This document shows positions 18,558 to 29,050 of a stretch of DNA of 64,000 nucleotides, piece by piece. The translations under genes were made by a program, and so were the position numbers. Origin of the DNA: Phototrophicaceae bacterium (GTDB lineage: Bacteria; Chloroflexota; Anaerolineae; Aggregatilineales; Phototrophicaceae). The DNA is taken from assembly GCA_965223515.1 (NCBI GenBank), contig CBDCWK010000001.1:788835-852834 (forward strand), given 5' to 3'. How positions within the stretch are numbered: position 1 is the first letter of the stretch; each line of letters opens with the position of its first letter. The notes beneath the pieces were generated by a model. That model saw nothing but the letters and a program-made list of their open reading frames with translations, ran no database searches and had not been told where the DNA came from.

Positions 18558-20300
18558 CTACATGCCAGCTTTGTGCAGTTCGGCAATGATTTGATGGGTC
18601 GATTGCCACCAGGTGGCTGGGTGGTTGAAGTTGTTCTCAGCCGTCGGCCAGCCTTCCCAGTACGTGCTGTTGAAGGGAATCAGCTTGGTCGCCTGGTTCA
18701 GCGGGAGGATCGGCAGATCTTCATAGAAGTACTGGTAAGCTTCCAGCACCAAGGGGATGACCGCCGGATCGCCCAAGGGCAGCGAACCGATCTGATCGAC
18801 GATTGCGCTGTAGGCTTCGTTGTTCATGCCATTCCAGCGGGCGTGGTTATTGCCCGAGGAACGCTCGCCAAGTTCCACCCAATGACGACCAGTGTAGCGG
18901 TCTAGTGAAGCCCAAGGCTCATTGACAGAGCCACAAGCGTCCCAGTCGGTGGTGGCTTCGTAATTGCCGAAGCGCTTGTTGTCGTCCCAGGTCGGACCAG
19001 CGACAACCTTAGCGCTGGCGTTGACGCCAAAAGCGCGCAGTTGCTCAACCAGAACGGACGTGATGCGGCGCTTTTCGATGAAGCCTTCGTGAGCCTCAAT
19101 CGCCAGGCTCAAGACGTGGCCATCTGCATCCTGCCACAGGCCGTCGCCACCGCGCGTGTAGCCGTTCGCAGTCAGCAATTCTTCAGCCGCTTCGTGGTTT
19201 GAAGTGGTGCTGAATGCCATACCGGCGTCTTCAATCGCCTCGATGAAGGGGAACATAGCGCCGTATTCGACGAACATCGTCCGCGAGGGGATGGTGACGC
19301 CTTCGTAAGCGATGGCGATGATTTCATCACGGTCGACGATGTGGTTGATCGCCCAGCGCATTTCCGGGTTATCCCAGGGCGCTACCTGCGTCTGGAAGGA
19401 CAACTGACGCGGGCAGGGATCCAGCCATACAAAGGGCATGCCTTCTACCCAGGCGAAGATCTTGTCGTTTTGCGCCTGCATCGCTTCAAAGGCGCCCAGG
19501 GTGACATCCATGATGCTGTCAACTTCGTTGTTGACGCCCAAGGTCGTCCGGATCTGGTCGTTACCAGTCACGATCCAGATCAAGCGCAGCGGCTCAGGCA
19601 TACTCAAGGCGCCGGTGGCGGCGCCCCACCAATCATCATTGCGGTCATAGACCCAGGTGGTCTCGTCGGCGCTGGTCAAGGTGTAGGGACCGGAACCAAC
19701 CGGCGGGAAGTTCTTGAAGGTGAAGGGATCTACATCAGCCCAGATGTGCTCGGGCACGATCAGCAGGTTGCCGCCAATCTTGACCGTCAGCAGGTCAAGC
19801 TGGAAGCGCGGGTTGGGTGCCGTCAAGTTGAACTGCACCGTCTGCGCATCAATGGCTTCCACGCTCTCGACCCAGGTCTGGACATCGACAGCTTTCCAGA
19901 GCCCGGCGTTTTCTGGGTTCCCCAGCATCGCAAAGGTGAAGAGGACATCGTCAGCATCCATCGCCTCGCCATCGGACCAGGCCGCGCCTTCGCGCAGGTT
20001 TAAGGTCCAGACATCGAGCGCATCATTGCTGGAAGCGCCAGCCGCCAGCCAAGGCATGATCTCGCCGGTTTCGTAATTCAGAATGAACAGCGGCTCAAAG
20101 ACGGCCTGACTCAGACCACCGTTGCCAAGATTGTTCGGCACGTACATATTGTAGTTGTCAAAGGCAGGTTGCGGGCCGACTCGACCGTCACGATCGAATA
20201 TGACGGTATCTTCACGCGCGACATCCTGGGCAACAGCGGTGAAGCTGATTGCCGCGAAGACGACTACGAGAAGAACGAAAAGAAAAGTTCTTGCTTTCAT
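18558..20300 (-). CDS. Family 5 extracellular solute-binding protein (peptide/oligosaccharide)
   Basis: Signal peptide MKARTFLFVLLVVVFAAISFTAVA. About 580 aa, SBP_bac_5-like. First gene of the operon. Confidence 0.9.
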   Translation of the reverse strand: MKARTFLFVLLVVVFAAISFTAVAQDVAREDTVIFDRDGRVGPQPAFDNYNMYVPNNLGNGGLSQAVFEPLFILNYETGEIMPWLAAGASSNDALDVWTLNLREGAAWSDGEAMDADDVLFTFAMLGNPENAGLWKAVDVQTWVESVEAIDAQTVQFNLTAPNPRFQLDLLTVKIGGNLLIVPEHIWADVDPFTFKNFPPVGSGPYTLTSADETTWVYDRNDDWWGAATGALSMPEPLRLIWIVTGNDQIRTTLGVNNEVDSIMDVTLGAFEAMQAQNDKIFAWVEGMPFVWLDPCPRQLSFQTQVAPWDNPEMRWAINHIVDRDEIIAIAYEGVTIPSRTMFVEYGAMFPFIEAIEDAGMAFSTTSNHEAAEELLTANGYTRGGDGLWQDADGHVLSLAIEAHEGFIEKRRITSVLVEQLRAFGVNASAKVVAGPTWDDNKRFGNYEATTDWDACGSVNEPWASLDRYTGRHWVELGERSSGNNHARWNGMNNEAYSAIVDQIGSLPLGDPAVIPLVLEAYQYFYEDLPILPLNQATKLIPFNSTYWEGWPTAENNFNHPATWWQSTHQIIAELHKAGM

Positions 20301-20451
20301 GTTTCTTACTCCTACAGCTATTCAATCGGTGGTTTACGATTGCCAACTCCAACAGCGGTTTGTCATTCGGTTCGGAATGACGGGCGCGTTGACGGCGCCC
20401 TGGACTGCCAATTACGTTTTCCTCATCTTCTTTCCGATAGCGCCTCCTTCC

Positions 20452-21636
20452 CTAGGTCGAAACAACTCTGTCAGCGGGCACAAACGGCGCCCGTGCTGAT
20501 GTTCTGATGCGCAGCCGCGTAGGCACTGTATGATAACGCGGCGGCGACTCATCGCCACCAAGCCGCTTGAGCAGCATCTGCGAAGCTACTTTACCGATTT
20601 CATAAGCGTCCTGCGATACAGTAGTCAACGGTACGCCGATATGCGACGCCATGCTGATGTCATCAAAGCCCACCACTGAAACATCTTCCGGAATCCGGAA
20701 ACCGATCTCTTGCAATGCGCTGATGGTGATGATCGCCAGAATATCGTTGATGCAGACAATCGCTGTCGGCTTTCGGTCGACTGTGTTCATGAGCCGCACC
20801 ACCTGCTCTACGATCTGTTGGCTCTGTTCGCCGACCAAGCTGTAAATATCGCTTTCATGAAATTCTTGCTTATCGGGCGGATCAATCTTCAGGGGCGCGT
20901 AGGCATGCAGGTCGTGATCATGCAAAGCGGCGACATATCCCCGATGCCGTTCACAGACCGGTTGCAATCCAGCGATATTAGGCATCAACTGTACAATATG
21001 ACGATGCCCCAGTTCGACGAGATATGCGACTAGATCGTAAGCGCCGCCGAAGTTGTCACTGGCGACATAATCCCCTTCGATACCTTCGATCAATCTATCG
21101 ATAAAAACAATGGGAATCCGCCGCCGCTGATATTCTCTCAAAATAGAGACGGTTTCCTCGTCCGGGCTGGCGCTCGCCCAAATGAAAAGACCGGCGACAT
21201 CGTCATCAAGCAACTGTTGCAAGATAGCGGTTTCATCGGCAAAGTCAGCTGCGTTGCTAAAGATGACATGGTAGCCGGCCGAGCGCACTTCTGTCGAAGC
21301 GCTGCTGAGTAAAACCGTGTGTATCTCGTTGTGGAAGCTGTGCGTAAGGTAGCCTATGGAATGGCTGTTTGATCTGTCCTGGGGCTGAAATGCGACGAAG
21401 GTGCCCCTGCCTGCCACGCGTTTGATCATCCCCTCGATTTCGAGCCGCTGCAAGGCGATGCGCACGGTGGTACGGCTGATATCCAGATGACGGGACAACT
21501 GCGTCTCGGTGGGAATCCGCTCGCCATCTCGCCAACGACCGGAGACAATCAATCGACGCAATTGATTGTGCAACTGCACATGCAGCGAAATATAACTGTT
21601 GTGATCGAGCCGGACACTCTCAAGTTTGTCGTGCAT
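20452..21636 (-). CDS. Transcriptional regulator with a GntR-type winged HTH fused to a LacI/PBP1-type sugar-binding domain
   Basis: N-terminus RIPTETQLSRHLDISRTTVRIALQRLEIEGMI (GntR). The C-terminus has PBP1 motifs (IGYL..., VVGFDD). Start set at ORF Met 27. Confidence 0.85.
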   Translation of the reverse strand: MHDKLESVRLDHNSYISLHVQLHNQLRRLIVSGRWRDGERIPTETQLSRHLDISRTTVRIALQRLEIEGMIKRVAGRGTFVAFQPQDRSNSHSIGYLTHSFHNEIHTVLLSSASTEVRSAGYHVIFSNAADFADETAILQQLLDDDVAGLFIWASASPDEETVSILREYQRRRIPIVFIDRLIEGIEGDYVASDNFGGAYDLVAYLVELGHRHIVQLMPNIAGLQPVCERHRGYVAALHDHDLHAYAPLKIDPPDKQEFHESDIYSLVGEQSQQIVEQVVRLMNTVDRKPTAIVCINDILAIITISALQEIGFRIPEDVSVVGFDDISMASHIGVPLTTVSQDAYEIGKVASQMLLKRLGGDESPPRYHTVPTRLRIRTSARAPFVPADRVVST

Positions 21637-21673
21637 AAAGACCGCATTGGTCAGCAAAGAGCATTTTAGGTCA

Positions 21674-21691
21674 GTACATAAATGTATGTAC
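21674..21691. promoter_or_regulatory. Candidate operator palindrome GTACATA-AATG-TATGTAC
   Basis: Perfect 7-bp inverted arms 38 nt upstream of the regulator start, in the divergent intergenic region. The GT..AC-type half sites resemble GntR operators. Confidence 0.4.
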
Positions 21692-21852
21692 AATCGGCGA
21701 GGATAGCACGGCATAATGCCGCTTGCAATAGCCGACTTCGGTTTGGGCTGAGCGATAAATCGGATTTACAGCGATTCGCGGCTGCGGTATGCTGTGCAGT
21801 CCGTCATTGATGCAAATACGCGATGCGTTAGCGCAAAGGAAAGGGTTGTGCA

Positions 21853-22242
21853 GTGTGGCAGCCGAATCAAAAACAGACTAGTCTCGTTCGCCTATTCTTC
21901 ATACTTTTTGGCGCCTCAGCGATTTGCATCGGGTCGGTTATTTTGCTAGCCGATCTGCAGTGCGCCTCCGATATAGAGGGTTGGTGGGCGCCACCCTATC
22001 CCAATGGCAAAACAGTCGAGGTGCAGTACGACCTCTTCCGTCCGCGCGCCCTCGGGGAGACGAATTGGATCATGGTTAGTGATGACGATGTGGAAACGGT
22101 CAAGCAATTCTACCGCGATTATCGCATGGAAGTGCTGAACTCCGGGCGGTCGAAAGGGCTGGCTTGGGCCGACTCATTTGTAGAGCCGCGTGAAGATGGC
22201 GAGGGCAGTCGTATCGTCTTGCATAGCGCCTGCGGCATCTGA
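21853..22242 (+). CDS. Hypothetical membrane-anchored protein
   Basis: ORF with one N-terminal hydrophobic helix (LVRLFFILFGASAICIGSVILLA). No recognisable domain. Confidence 0.4.
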   Translation: MWQPNQKQTSLVRLFFILFGASAICIGSVILLADLQCASDIEGWWAPPYPNGKTVEVQYDLFRPRALGETNWIMVSDDDVETVKQFYRDYRMEVLNSGRSKGLAWADSFVEPREDGEGSRIVLHSACGI

Positions 22243-22262
22243 TCTCGCTCCGAGGAACCCAA

Positions 22263-23162
22263 ATGAGAATCTCCGCTTTTCCCAAATGCTATCTCGAAGA
22301 CATTTCCGGCGCCGGCAACATGACAGTCTTTGACTGGATCGACACGGCGCGCTCACTCGATGCTGATGGTCTGGAGATGTACGAGGGATTCTTCACTAGC
22401 CTTGATGACAGCTATATCTTGCAGGTGCGTGATGCCATCGCCGAAGCCGGATTTGCCATGCCGATGCTTTGCTGCTCACCAAATTTCACTCACCCCGACC
22501 CCGACGAACGCAAGCGCGCGGTCGAGCAAGAAGCGAAGATGATCCGCGTTACCAAGTTGCTCGGTGGGGAGGGCGCCGTCTGCCGCGTCCTCAGTGGGCA
22601 GCGCTACCCAGAGGTGGGGCGCGAGCAGGGCCTGGCTTGGGTGGTCGATTGCATTGAGCAAGTGCTGCCGGTCGCGCGCGATCATGGCATCATCCTCGGC
22701 CTGGAGAATCATTACAAAGATGGCTTCTGGCAGTATCCCGAGTTCGCCCAAAAGATGGATGTCTTCCTCGAGCTGCTGAATGCAATACCCGAAGGTGAAT
22801 TCTTCGGTGTGCAATACGACCCGTCCAACGCGATTGTCGCCGGCGATGATCCGATAGAATTGCTGCGGGCGGTGGCGGATCGCGTGGTGAGCATGCACGC
22901 CAGCGATCGTTTCCTGACTGCTGGCTACACACTTGACGACTTGCGCGGCAGCGATGGCACGATAGGCTATTCGCCGGCCCTGCAGCATGGCGTGACCGGC
23001 AAAGGCTTAAACGACTACGATACGATCTTTCAAATACTGCGCGATGTCGGCTACCGCGGTTGGGTCAGCATTGAGGACGGCGTGAATGGCATGGATGAAA
23101 TGCGGGAGTCACTGGCATTTCTGCATCAGATGCGCGACAAATACTTCTCCACACCAACATGA
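22263..23162 (+). CDS. Sugar phosphate isomerase/epimerase (xylose isomerase-like TIM barrel; UlaE/SgbU-like)
   Basis: The N-terminal pattern ...W.D.A..L..DG.EM and the GLENH motif are typical of the AP_endonuc_2 fold. Confidence 0.8.
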   Translation: MRISAFPKCYLEDISGAGNMTVFDWIDTARSLDADGLEMYEGFFTSLDDSYILQVRDAIAEAGFAMPMLCCSPNFTHPDPDERKRAVEQEAKMIRVTKLLGGEGAVCRVLSGQRYPEVGREQGLAWVVDCIEQVLPVARDHGIILGLENHYKDGFWQYPEFAQKMDVFLELLNAIPEGEFFGVQYDPSNAIVAGDDPIELLRAVADRVVSMHASDRFLTAGYTLDDLRGSDGTIGYSPALQHGVTGKGLNDYDTIFQILRDVGYRGWVSIEDGVNGMDEMRESLAFLHQMRDKYFSTPT

Positions 23163-23166
23163 GAAT

Positions 23167-23195
23167 TGTAGGGGCGACCTATCAGGTCGCCCACA
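23167..23195. repeat. REP-like element, family A
   Basis: tgtaggggcgacctatcaggtcgcccaca. Confidence 0.7.
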
Positions 23196-23229
23196 AACAG
23201 ACGGACATATTCACTCAAGGACACATTAT

Positions 23230-24273
23230 ATGGACGCACTCATCAAATACGGACGCGAAGACAAAAATGTCGAACTGCGCGATATCCCGCAGCCGCCCGA
23301 TCCCGCCGCCGAGCAAGTCATTGTGGAAGTTGGCGCCGCCGGCATCTGCGGCAGCGACCTGCACATGTGGCGCGATCATCAAAGCTGGGCGATAAAGTTG
23401 CCACTCGTGCTGGGCCACGAATTCTGCGGCACGGTCGCCGCCGTCGGCTCGGCGGTGGAGAACTTCAAGGTCGGCGATCGCGTGGCCGTGGAGACAGCGG
23501 CAGAAGTCTGCGGCACTTGCGCTTATTGCCACTCCGGCGACTACAATCAGTGCCCGCATCGCCTTGGCTACGGCGCGCTTTACGATGGCGCCTTCACCCA
23601 ATACGTCAACGCCCGGCAGCAAATCTTGCATCACATCCCCGCGAATGTCACCTTCGAACAAGCCTCACTCACCGAGCCGATTTGCGTCGCCTACAACGCC
23701 TTGGTCGAAAAGACGCCGAAGGTGAGCCCCGGCGATACCGTGGTGATTCAAGGACCCGGTCCCATCGGCATGATGGCGCTGCTTGTGGCCAAGCTGCGCG
23801 GCGCCTCCGAAATCGTCATGCTGGGAACACGCCACGACCAGCAGCGGCTGGCAGTCGCCGCTGAGATCGGCGCAACTCAAACGCATAACATCGACGCAGA
23901 CGACCCGCTGGAGCTGATTCGCTCGCTCGGCGATGGCTACGGCGCCGACCTGATCGTCGATTGCAGCGGCGTCAGCATCGCCTTGAAATCGGCAATGGAG
24001 ATGGTGCGTCCCAACGGCACGATCACCAAGATCGGCTGGGGACCACAACCGCTGAACTTCAACCTTGATCCACTAGTGCAAAAAGCGGTCACTCTGCAAG
24101 GCTGCTTCAGCCACTTGTATTCCACCTGGGAACGCGCGCTGGCGCTGCTTTCTACCAGACAGATCGACCTCGCGCCCATCATAGGCGGCGTCTATCCGCT
24201 CGCGGACTGGGTCGAGGCATTCGAGCAGATGGAAGCCGGCAACAACGTCAAATCGGTTCTGGTGCCGGATTAG
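23230..24273 (+). CDS. Zn-dependent medium-chain alcohol/polyol dehydrogenase
   Basis: GICGSDLH, GHEFCG, structural zinc cysteines CGTCAYCHSGDYNQC, GPGPIG Rossmann motif. Start at ORF Met 49. Confidence 0.9.
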   Translation: MDALIKYGREDKNVELRDIPQPPDPAAEQVIVEVGAAGICGSDLHMWRDHQSWAIKLPLVLGHEFCGTVAAVGSAVENFKVGDRVAVETAAEVCGTCAYCHSGDYNQCPHRLGYGALYDGAFTQYVNARQQILHHIPANVTFEQASLTEPICVAYNALVEKTPKVSPGDTVVIQGPGPIGMMALLVAKLRGASEIVMLGTRHDQQRLAVAAEIGATQTHNIDADDPLELIRSLGDGYGADLIVDCSGVSIALKSAMEMVRPNGTITKIGWGPQPLNFNLDPLVQKAVTLQGCFSHLYSTWERALALLSTRQIDLAPIIGGVYPLADWVEAFEQMEAGNNVKSVLVPD

Positions 24274-24282
24274 GAGAAGAAG

Positions 24283-24951
24283 TTGGACGCAAAAATTCAA
24301 ATATCAATTGATGTCATCGACCTGCAGGAAGCGCTTGACCTCGCCCATGCTTCGGTCAAAGCCGGCGTGGACTGGCTCGAGGTGGGCACGCCACTCCTAC
24401 TGTCAGAGGGTCTGCACGCCGTCCACGCCTTCCGTAACGCTTTCCCTGACACGCCCATCGTCGTCGACCTCAAGACCATGGATGGCGCCGGACTGGAAGC
24501 TGAAATGATGTTCAAAGCCGGCGGCGATATGGTGGTCGTCATGGGACAAGCGCATGACGCGAGCATCATCGAGCAAGTCAAAATGGCGCAGCGCTACGGC
24601 AAGAAAGTCATGTGTGATGTAATGCTCTGCCCCGACAAAGCCGGGCGGGCGCGGCAAGCCCAGGACATGGGCGTCGACTATATCATCGTGCATACCGGCT
24701 TTGACGAACGCAATATGATCCCGGGGCTAAGCCCGCTCAATGATCTACAGGATGTACTCGACGCAGTCGATATTCCTGTGCAGGCGGTTGGCGGCTTGAG
24801 CGTACCGCAAGCGATACAGACCCTGGAGCTGGGCGCCGAGATCGTCGTCTTCGGCGCGCCCCTGGTGATCAGCGGGCAGGAATTCAAAGCAGCCGATCCC
24901 AATTTCGACCGTCAACTGCGCGAGATCGTCAAGGACGTACGCGGAGCGTAG
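24283..24951 (+). CDS. 3-hexulose-6-phosphate synthase / 3-keto-L-gulonate-6-phosphate decarboxylase family (OMPDC suprafamily)
   Basis: QISIDVIDLQEALDLA...VDWLEVGTPL...VVDLKTMDGAG matches the HPS/UlaD N-terminal signature. TTG start. Confidence 0.8.
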   Translation: MDAKIQISIDVIDLQEALDLAHASVKAGVDWLEVGTPLLLSEGLHAVHAFRNAFPDTPIVVDLKTMDGAGLEAEMMFKAGGDMVVVMGQAHDASIIEQVKMAQRYGKKVMCDVMLCPDKAGRARQAQDMGVDYIIVHTGFDERNMIPGLSPLNDLQDVLDAVDIPVQAVGGLSVPQAIQTLELGAEIVVFGAPLVISGQEFKAADPNFDRQLREIVKDVRGA

Positions 24952-25096
24952 CTTTCTCTCCAAAACGGTGTTGTAGGTAACGAAGTAGTCTGAAATCTCT
25001 CGCTTTGTCGCCCACAGAGCCACATATTGAGATACAGCGACAATACGCGTATACTTGCTTGCTTGAAATCAGCAAGGACCGAACGGAATCACTAGT

Positions 25097-26659
25097 ATGT
25101 TTGTGAAAGACCCCAATTTCGGCGACATCGTCGACTTCGACCAACTGCGCTTGTCGATCCATCATCTTTATGATGCGCTGTTGCCTGATTTCGATATGCA
25201 CAAATCGCTGCAAGTGGGAAACGCGCTCTATGGCGATGAACCGGATCTGATGATCGCCGCCGGCGCCAGCATGCTCGCCTGGATGACCATCATCGCCGCC
25301 GGAGAGGACGAAATCGCCGAGGAACTCAAGGACAGCCTGTTCACCTTGGGCTGGACGGAAGAAGAAATCGGCTCCGACTTGCTGAGCGCGTCCACGGTAG
25401 CCACTCCGCGGAACGATGATCCCGCTTGTGTCGATTACCATCTCAAGGGGCGCAAGTGGCTAATCAACAATTCCTACCACGCCGACTATCACACGATTGT
25501 CGCCAAAACCGACCCTAATTCCAGCGGGCCGCGCTCTCTCTCGATCTTTCTGGTGCCGCAGAGCAGTTGCAAAAACTGGGAACGACTGGAGACCCACGTC
25601 CTGCGCCGCATGGTGCTGACCAGCTTCGATATTGACGGACCGGGGCGCCTGCTCGGCAAGGTCGGGCACGGCTTGCAAATCTTGCAGCGCATGGCGATGC
25701 CCAGCAAGTATCAGTGCGCTTATGTAGGCGTCAAGCTGCTCAATGAAGCCATACCAGCCAGCATTGAACACCTCTCTAAGAAGCGCATCTTCAATGAAAA
25801 CCCGATTAACTTTAGCAACGTCCTGCGGCAGATGTACAACCTCGTGTTGCAAGGCGCCGTGCTGAATTTCATTTATTATCGCGCGCTGGCATTTAGCGCG
25901 GGGAATTTCCTGCAATTTCACGGCGTGATGCTCAAGTCCTGGCTGCTGCTGCGCGCCAATGAATTGCTTGGGCAGAACCTCTTGGTGGTTGGCTCGAAAG
26001 GCTTCCTGGCGGAATCAGTCATCGGCCGCAACGTCATCGATTCTTTCGTCCTGCCTGTTTTTGACGGCCATTACACCATCAACACCTTGATGACAGCGAA
26101 GCACGTCAAACGCTACCTGGGGGCGGAACGTCGCGCCGATGTGGCTGAACGTATGGCGATCTTGCGCAAAGGAATTGCCTCTTCGCGCTCGGCCGATCAA
26201 ATTCGCGCCCATTCACGCAAGCTGCGCAATCCCGACTTTTTCGACTACGCCCAATACATTGAAGATCTCGAGTTGCCGATTAAACTGGATGCTCGTGGCC
26301 TGGTCGCGGCTATGCAATCGCTGGCAGATGAACTCAACAGACGCGAACTGGCAAAAGATCCGGAACATCGATACAAGCTGGGAATGATGCTGCATTGGAT
26401 GGAGGCGCTGCTGGCCGCTTGCGAAATGTGGAAAGCCACTGAAGAAAAGGAATTCTTGAATGCCGTGATCATGCAATACAACGCCTTCGTCAACCAGTTC
26501 AACCAGATCATCAGCGAGAGCGCCCTGCAAACGCCTTTCTTGTCGCTCATGCGGCAACAGCCATTGCGCTGTGTCGAAGCGCCGCGCCAATTCCTGCTGC
26601 GCCTGTATGACCTCGCCCAGCAATTCGCTGCCCAGCCCGAGCCGATGGCCGCGAAGTAG
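25097..26659 (+). CDS. Divergent acyl-CoA dehydrogenase-fold protein with a ~170-aa C-terminal extension (paralog 1)
   Basis: ACAD middle-domain pattern WTEEEIGSDLLS...GRKWLINNSYHADYHTIVAKTD...SIFLVP. The C-terminal helix VFDGHYTINTL occupies the position of IYEGTNEI. Confidence 0.7.
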   Translation: MFVKDPNFGDIVDFDQLRLSIHHLYDALLPDFDMHKSLQVGNALYGDEPDLMIAAGASMLAWMTIIAAGEDEIAEELKDSLFTLGWTEEEIGSDLLSASTVATPRNDDPACVDYHLKGRKWLINNSYHADYHTIVAKTDPNSSGPRSLSIFLVPQSSCKNWERLETHVLRRMVLTSFDIDGPGRLLGKVGHGLQILQRMAMPSKYQCAYVGVKLLNEAIPASIEHLSKKRIFNENPINFSNVLRQMYNLVLQGAVLNFIYYRALAFSAGNFLQFHGVMLKSWLLLRANELLGQNLLVVGSKGFLAESVIGRNVIDSFVLPVFDGHYTINTLMTAKHVKRYLGAERRADVAERMAILRKGIASSRSADQIRAHSRKLRNPDFFDYAQYIEDLELPIKLDARGLVAAMQSLADELNRRELAKDPEHRYKLGMMLHWMEALLAACEMWKATEEKEFLNAVIMQYNAFVNQFNQIISESALQTPFLSLMRQQPLRCVEAPRQFLLRLYDLAQQFAAQPEPMAAK

Positions 26660-26712
26660 GGAAAGAATGTCACCACAGAGGACACAGAAACACAGAGACA
26701 GCGAGTTGGATA

Positions 26713-27699
26713 GTGGCAAAGAATAGAAACCTCCACCAAGCGAAGTCCAACAAAAAAGACGAGTTCTACACCCAGCTTGTCGATATTGAAAATGAACTCC
26801 GGCATTACACCGATCACTTTCGCGGGAAGGTCGTCTACTGCAACTGCGATGACCCGCGAGTGAGCAATTTCTTTCATTACTTCGCCTACAACTTCCGCGT
26901 ACTCGGGCTCAAGAAGTTGATTACGACATGCTACAGAAGTCAGCAAATGGATTTATTCAGTAAGCATGATACAGAGCGGGCAATATGGCTGGAATACGAT
27001 GGGACACAGAACGAGACCGGTGTGCCGTCACTCGAAGACATCGGCATACACTACCTTGAAGGCGATGGCGATTTTAGAAGCGCCGAATGTATCGAGCTGC
27101 TCAAACAAGCCGATATTGTGGTGACAAACCCGCCCTTTTCGCTGTTCCGTGAATATGTGGCGCAGTTGATTGAGTACGATAAGAAGTTTCTGATTGTCGG
27201 TCATCAGAACGCGATTACTTATAAGGAGATATTCCCCCTGATTAAAGACAACAAATTGTGGCTTGGGATTACTCCTCGTGGAAAGGACATGTTGTTTGAT
27301 GTGCCGAAAGATTACGCAAAAGAATTGGTCGCAACCAAAAAAGAGGGCAGCGCTTATAGAATTGTAGATGGCGTTGTATATGGCAGGCTTGGAAGCGCTA
27401 GCTGGTACACCAACCTTGACTACCGGCAAAGGCACGAAGAACTGATTTTATACAAACGCTACTCGCCAGAGGAATATCCGAAGTACGACAACTATGATGC
27501 GATTGAAGTGTCAAAGGTCGCGCACATTCCCAAGGACTGGGACGGCGCGATGGGCGTGCCGATTACCTTCTTGAACAAACACAATCCAGAGCAATTTGAG
27601 ATAATTAGGTTCAGAAAAGGAGATGATGGAAGAGATTTGCGTGTAAATGGAAAAGAGCCTTACTTCCGCATCGTTATTCGGCATAGGAGAGGGGCGTGA
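26713..27699 (+). CDS. N6-adenine DNA methyltransferase, EcoRI-methylase-like family
   Basis: The N-terminal KKDEFYTQLVDIENEL block and catalytic motif IV VVTNPPFSLFREY. Visibly AT-richer than its flanks. Confidence 0.8.
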   Translation: MAKNRNLHQAKSNKKDEFYTQLVDIENELRHYTDHFRGKVVYCNCDDPRVSNFFHYFAYNFRVLGLKKLITTCYRSQQMDLFSKHDTERAIWLEYDGTQNETGVPSLEDIGIHYLEGDGDFRSAECIELLKQADIVVTNPPFSLFREYVAQLIEYDKKFLIVGHQNAITYKEIFPLIKDNKLWLGITPRGKDMLFDVPKDYAKELVATKKEGSAYRIVDGVVYGRLGSASWYTNLDYRQRHEELILYKRYSPEEYPKYDNYDAIEVSKVAHIPKDWDGAMGVPITFLNKHNPEQFEIIRFRKGDDGRDLRVNGKEPYFRIVIRHRRGA

Positions 27700-27703
27700 T
27701 GGG

Positions 27704-29050
27704 ATGAGCGGTAGAATGGATAAGAAGGGGATGTGGTGGGTTAAGGGAAACGAGCATAAGAAGTTTACAGGCATATTGACGTATGGTGATGGGTATGTCC
27801 CAACACTAGAGATATTTCTGAAGGAATATGATTTTGACAAACAATCAGTTCCCAATAATTCTACAATCTATGGAGACGTATTTGGGGAATCCAAGAAAAT
27901 CCAGGCAGTTACATTATTAGAATGCAGACCAAAAAATAGTCTAGGAATGCCCGATGTAGGCGCTTTTATTTATAAACAAGAATTTGTATATGCTGACTGC
28001 GTTGCTATTGGTATGCTGCTTGATGATGACGAGATAGCACAAGTGAAATCTCCCCAGAGCATACATTTGACTTGCCCCGGCCTAGATGAATACATCGTGG
28101 TAAACGCGATAAAGCATCAATGGAAAGACAACATTCCAGAGGGCAGGGCTTACCGCGTCAGCGATCTTGAAACAATTGTGTATACCCCGCCCGAACCCAT
28201 CGCAATTGAAATAGATATTGGAACAATCACAATATATCTAGGGCCATCAAGCACAGGCAAAGACATATCATCAAGGCATTTCATTCACGTCAGTTTTGAG
28301 AATCCTACGCCAGAAGCTGAGGTCAACTCACTGATTTATTCACAGTTATTATCTTTTCTTTCGATAATGAGCGGGCGCAGAGAATATATTGAAACTCATA
28401 CAATTACCATAAACTCGAAGCAAACACGCTCTGATTCATTGAGTATAGAACTCAATTATGGGCATATTGCGCACTCGACGCAACAAACAAAGTATTCCAT
28501 ACTGCAATCGCTCTTGCTTGGCAGAGAAGGGAATGTGAGCAAGTTCGCAACTTTGTTTCCAAAGTGGCGCGAGGATTTCGCATTCGTTGAAGGTTTGGCT
28601 TTCCAGTATATGCAAATGGTTGATGCACACCGGTTTACCAAAACCGATCTGATACACGCATTTTCTTTCATTGAAGAATATGTAGTGGACAGAGACATTA
28701 AGGCAGATAGGTCTAATATGGCTGGTATCCTAAGTGGGATCATTGAATTTATCGCCAGCTATTTTTCTTGCAGTAACAAATATACACAACATTTCCAAAG
28801 GGAATCAAAAGGACAAGAACATATTGCCAAGCAGCTTGCACACTTTCGCAACAAACATACGCATCAAAAATCAAATGAAGTGTGCCTTTATTCTATCCAA
28901 GAAGTTTATGCGTATATCTCTGTAATCATGCGTTCGATATTCCTGATAGAGATGGGATGTCCTGCTGACAAGATAGACAACATGGTATCGCATTGGGAGC
29001 TATGGCATCAGCTGCCTGAGTGTCAGCACACGGAAGGTAATAACCGATGA
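27704..29050 (+). CDS. ApeA-like protein with a C-terminal HEPN (Rx4H) domain
   Basis: C-terminal LAHFRNKHTHQ contains the RNxxxH HEPN motif. The N-terminus GMWWVKGNEHKKFTGILTYGDGYVPTLEIF resembles the ApeA N-terminal domain. The start 4 nt after the MTase stop is preceded by AGGAGAGGGG. This is the most AT-rich gene in the window by eye. Confidence 0.6.
   Translation: MSGRMDKKGMWWVKGNEHKKFTGILTYGDGYVPTLEIFLKEYDFDKQSVPNNSTIYGDVFGESKKIQAVTLLECRPKNSLGMPDVGAFIYKQEFVYADCVAIGMLLDDDEIAQVKSPQSIHLTCPGLDEYIVVNAIKHQWKDNIPEGRAYRVSDLETIVYTPPEPIAIEIDIGTITIYLGPSSTGKDISSRHFIHVSFENPTPEAEVNSLIYSQLLSFLSIMSGRREYIETHTITINSKQTRSDSLSIELNYGHIAHSTQQTKYSILQSLLLGREGNVSKFATLFPKWREDFAFVEGLAFQYMQMVDAHRFTKTDLIHAFSFIEEYVVDRDIKADRSNMAGILSGIIEFIASYFSCSNKYTQHFQRESKGQEHIAKQLAHFRNKHTHQKSNEVCLYSIQEVYAYISVIMRSIFLIEMGCPADKIDNMVSHWELWHQLPECQHTEGNNR

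Noticed and set aside
25097-26659. Annotating the ACAD-fold genes as ordinary fatty-acid beta-oxidation acyl-CoA dehydrogenases
   Set aside because: There are no beta-oxidation neighbours. The N-terminal domain is short, Asp replaces the usual catalytic Glu position by my alignment, and there is a long C-terminal extension. Only the fold-level call is justified.
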